Positions 52,646 through 53,197 of a stretch of DNA of 53,197 nt are shown in pieces (position 1 is the first letter of the stretch; every line of letters begins with the position of its first letter). The DNA is taken from contig JAAPAO010000203.1 of assembly GCA_013115145.1 (NCBI GenBank), forward strand, positions 1-53,197. The letters are read 5' to 3'. Made by a program: the position numbers and the translations under genes. The notes under the pieces were generated by a model. That model was given only the letters and a program-made list of their open reading frames with translations, did not search any database and was not told where the DNA came from. The DNA is from Perkinsus chesapeaki ATCC PRA-425 (taxonomy: Eukaryota; Protista; Perkinsozoa).

Positions 52646-53197
52646 TACAAGCACAGGAGCCGACGGGATCTGGCAAAGGAAGAATCGGAATCAGTTTATC
52701 AGGACGGCAGGACTGAAAATAAGAACAATTTGCTACATGCAAGTTTTAAGCGAGAAATCCTTCATTGGTTTCACTGAAAGCTTCTCATTCCCGATGACGC
52801 AAATGCGTTCGTGTGCACACACCAGGGACCCTGGCCCAGGATGTTGGTCAACTCGACACTCATACTCTATTGGGCGAGGAAAAACTGCTTACAATTTCTC
52901 AAGTGGTCTTAAACTCGTCGAAGCGATGATCGATCATGGTGTGAGGCCTGACAAAGATCATTAGTCGTTCACAATCATAGGCGCTGAGTCATAGCTAATG
53001 GCCGCCTGCACGCGTGTTCACCACCACCTGCGGGCCACTGGACGTAATTATACTGGATCAGATGGGCTACTCCGCTTGACCGGGCATCCCTCCTTCGCGG
53101 TGATGATGCGTGATACCATGAGACTCTACACCTTTTCAACGCCTATTTCGACAATAGTAACTTCTATTTCGACAGGCGAGCGAAATTTATGTTAAGA

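Overview
Gene-dense eukaryotic DNA with many short (about 40-60 nt) GT-AG introns. The intron style and gene content suggest a Perkinsus-like alveolate, but this is inference. Recognisable genes: UTP18, two tandem HMG-box genes, flavocytochrome b2-type L-lactate dehydrogenase, adenylosuccinate synthetase, eIF4E, an Lcp5/neuroguidin-family protein, thiolase, SEC62, dolichol kinase, a secreted permuted NlpC/P60-like protein, a secreted PI-PLC X-domain protein, a J-like membrane protein and an intronic tRNA-Asn(GTT). Several hypothetical genes and tandem repeats are also present. Main discovery: a 7-exon multi-pass membrane protein gene (minus strand, 17957-16854, 282 aa) that the ORF track breaks up because it has two in-frame UGA codons, in CxxU and UC contexts. 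A canonical SECIS element lies about 120 nt past its UAA stop, making it a strong candidate two-Sec selenoprotein outside the selenoprotein families I recognise. Second theme: introns of unrelated genes share sequence families. One family consists of tRNA 3' halves (T-arm/B-box, acceptor strand, T-run) whose anticodon-loop GTAA register coincides with the splice donor. Four other recurrent intronic motif families suggest introner-like intron gain. All exon models were assembled by hand without transcript data.
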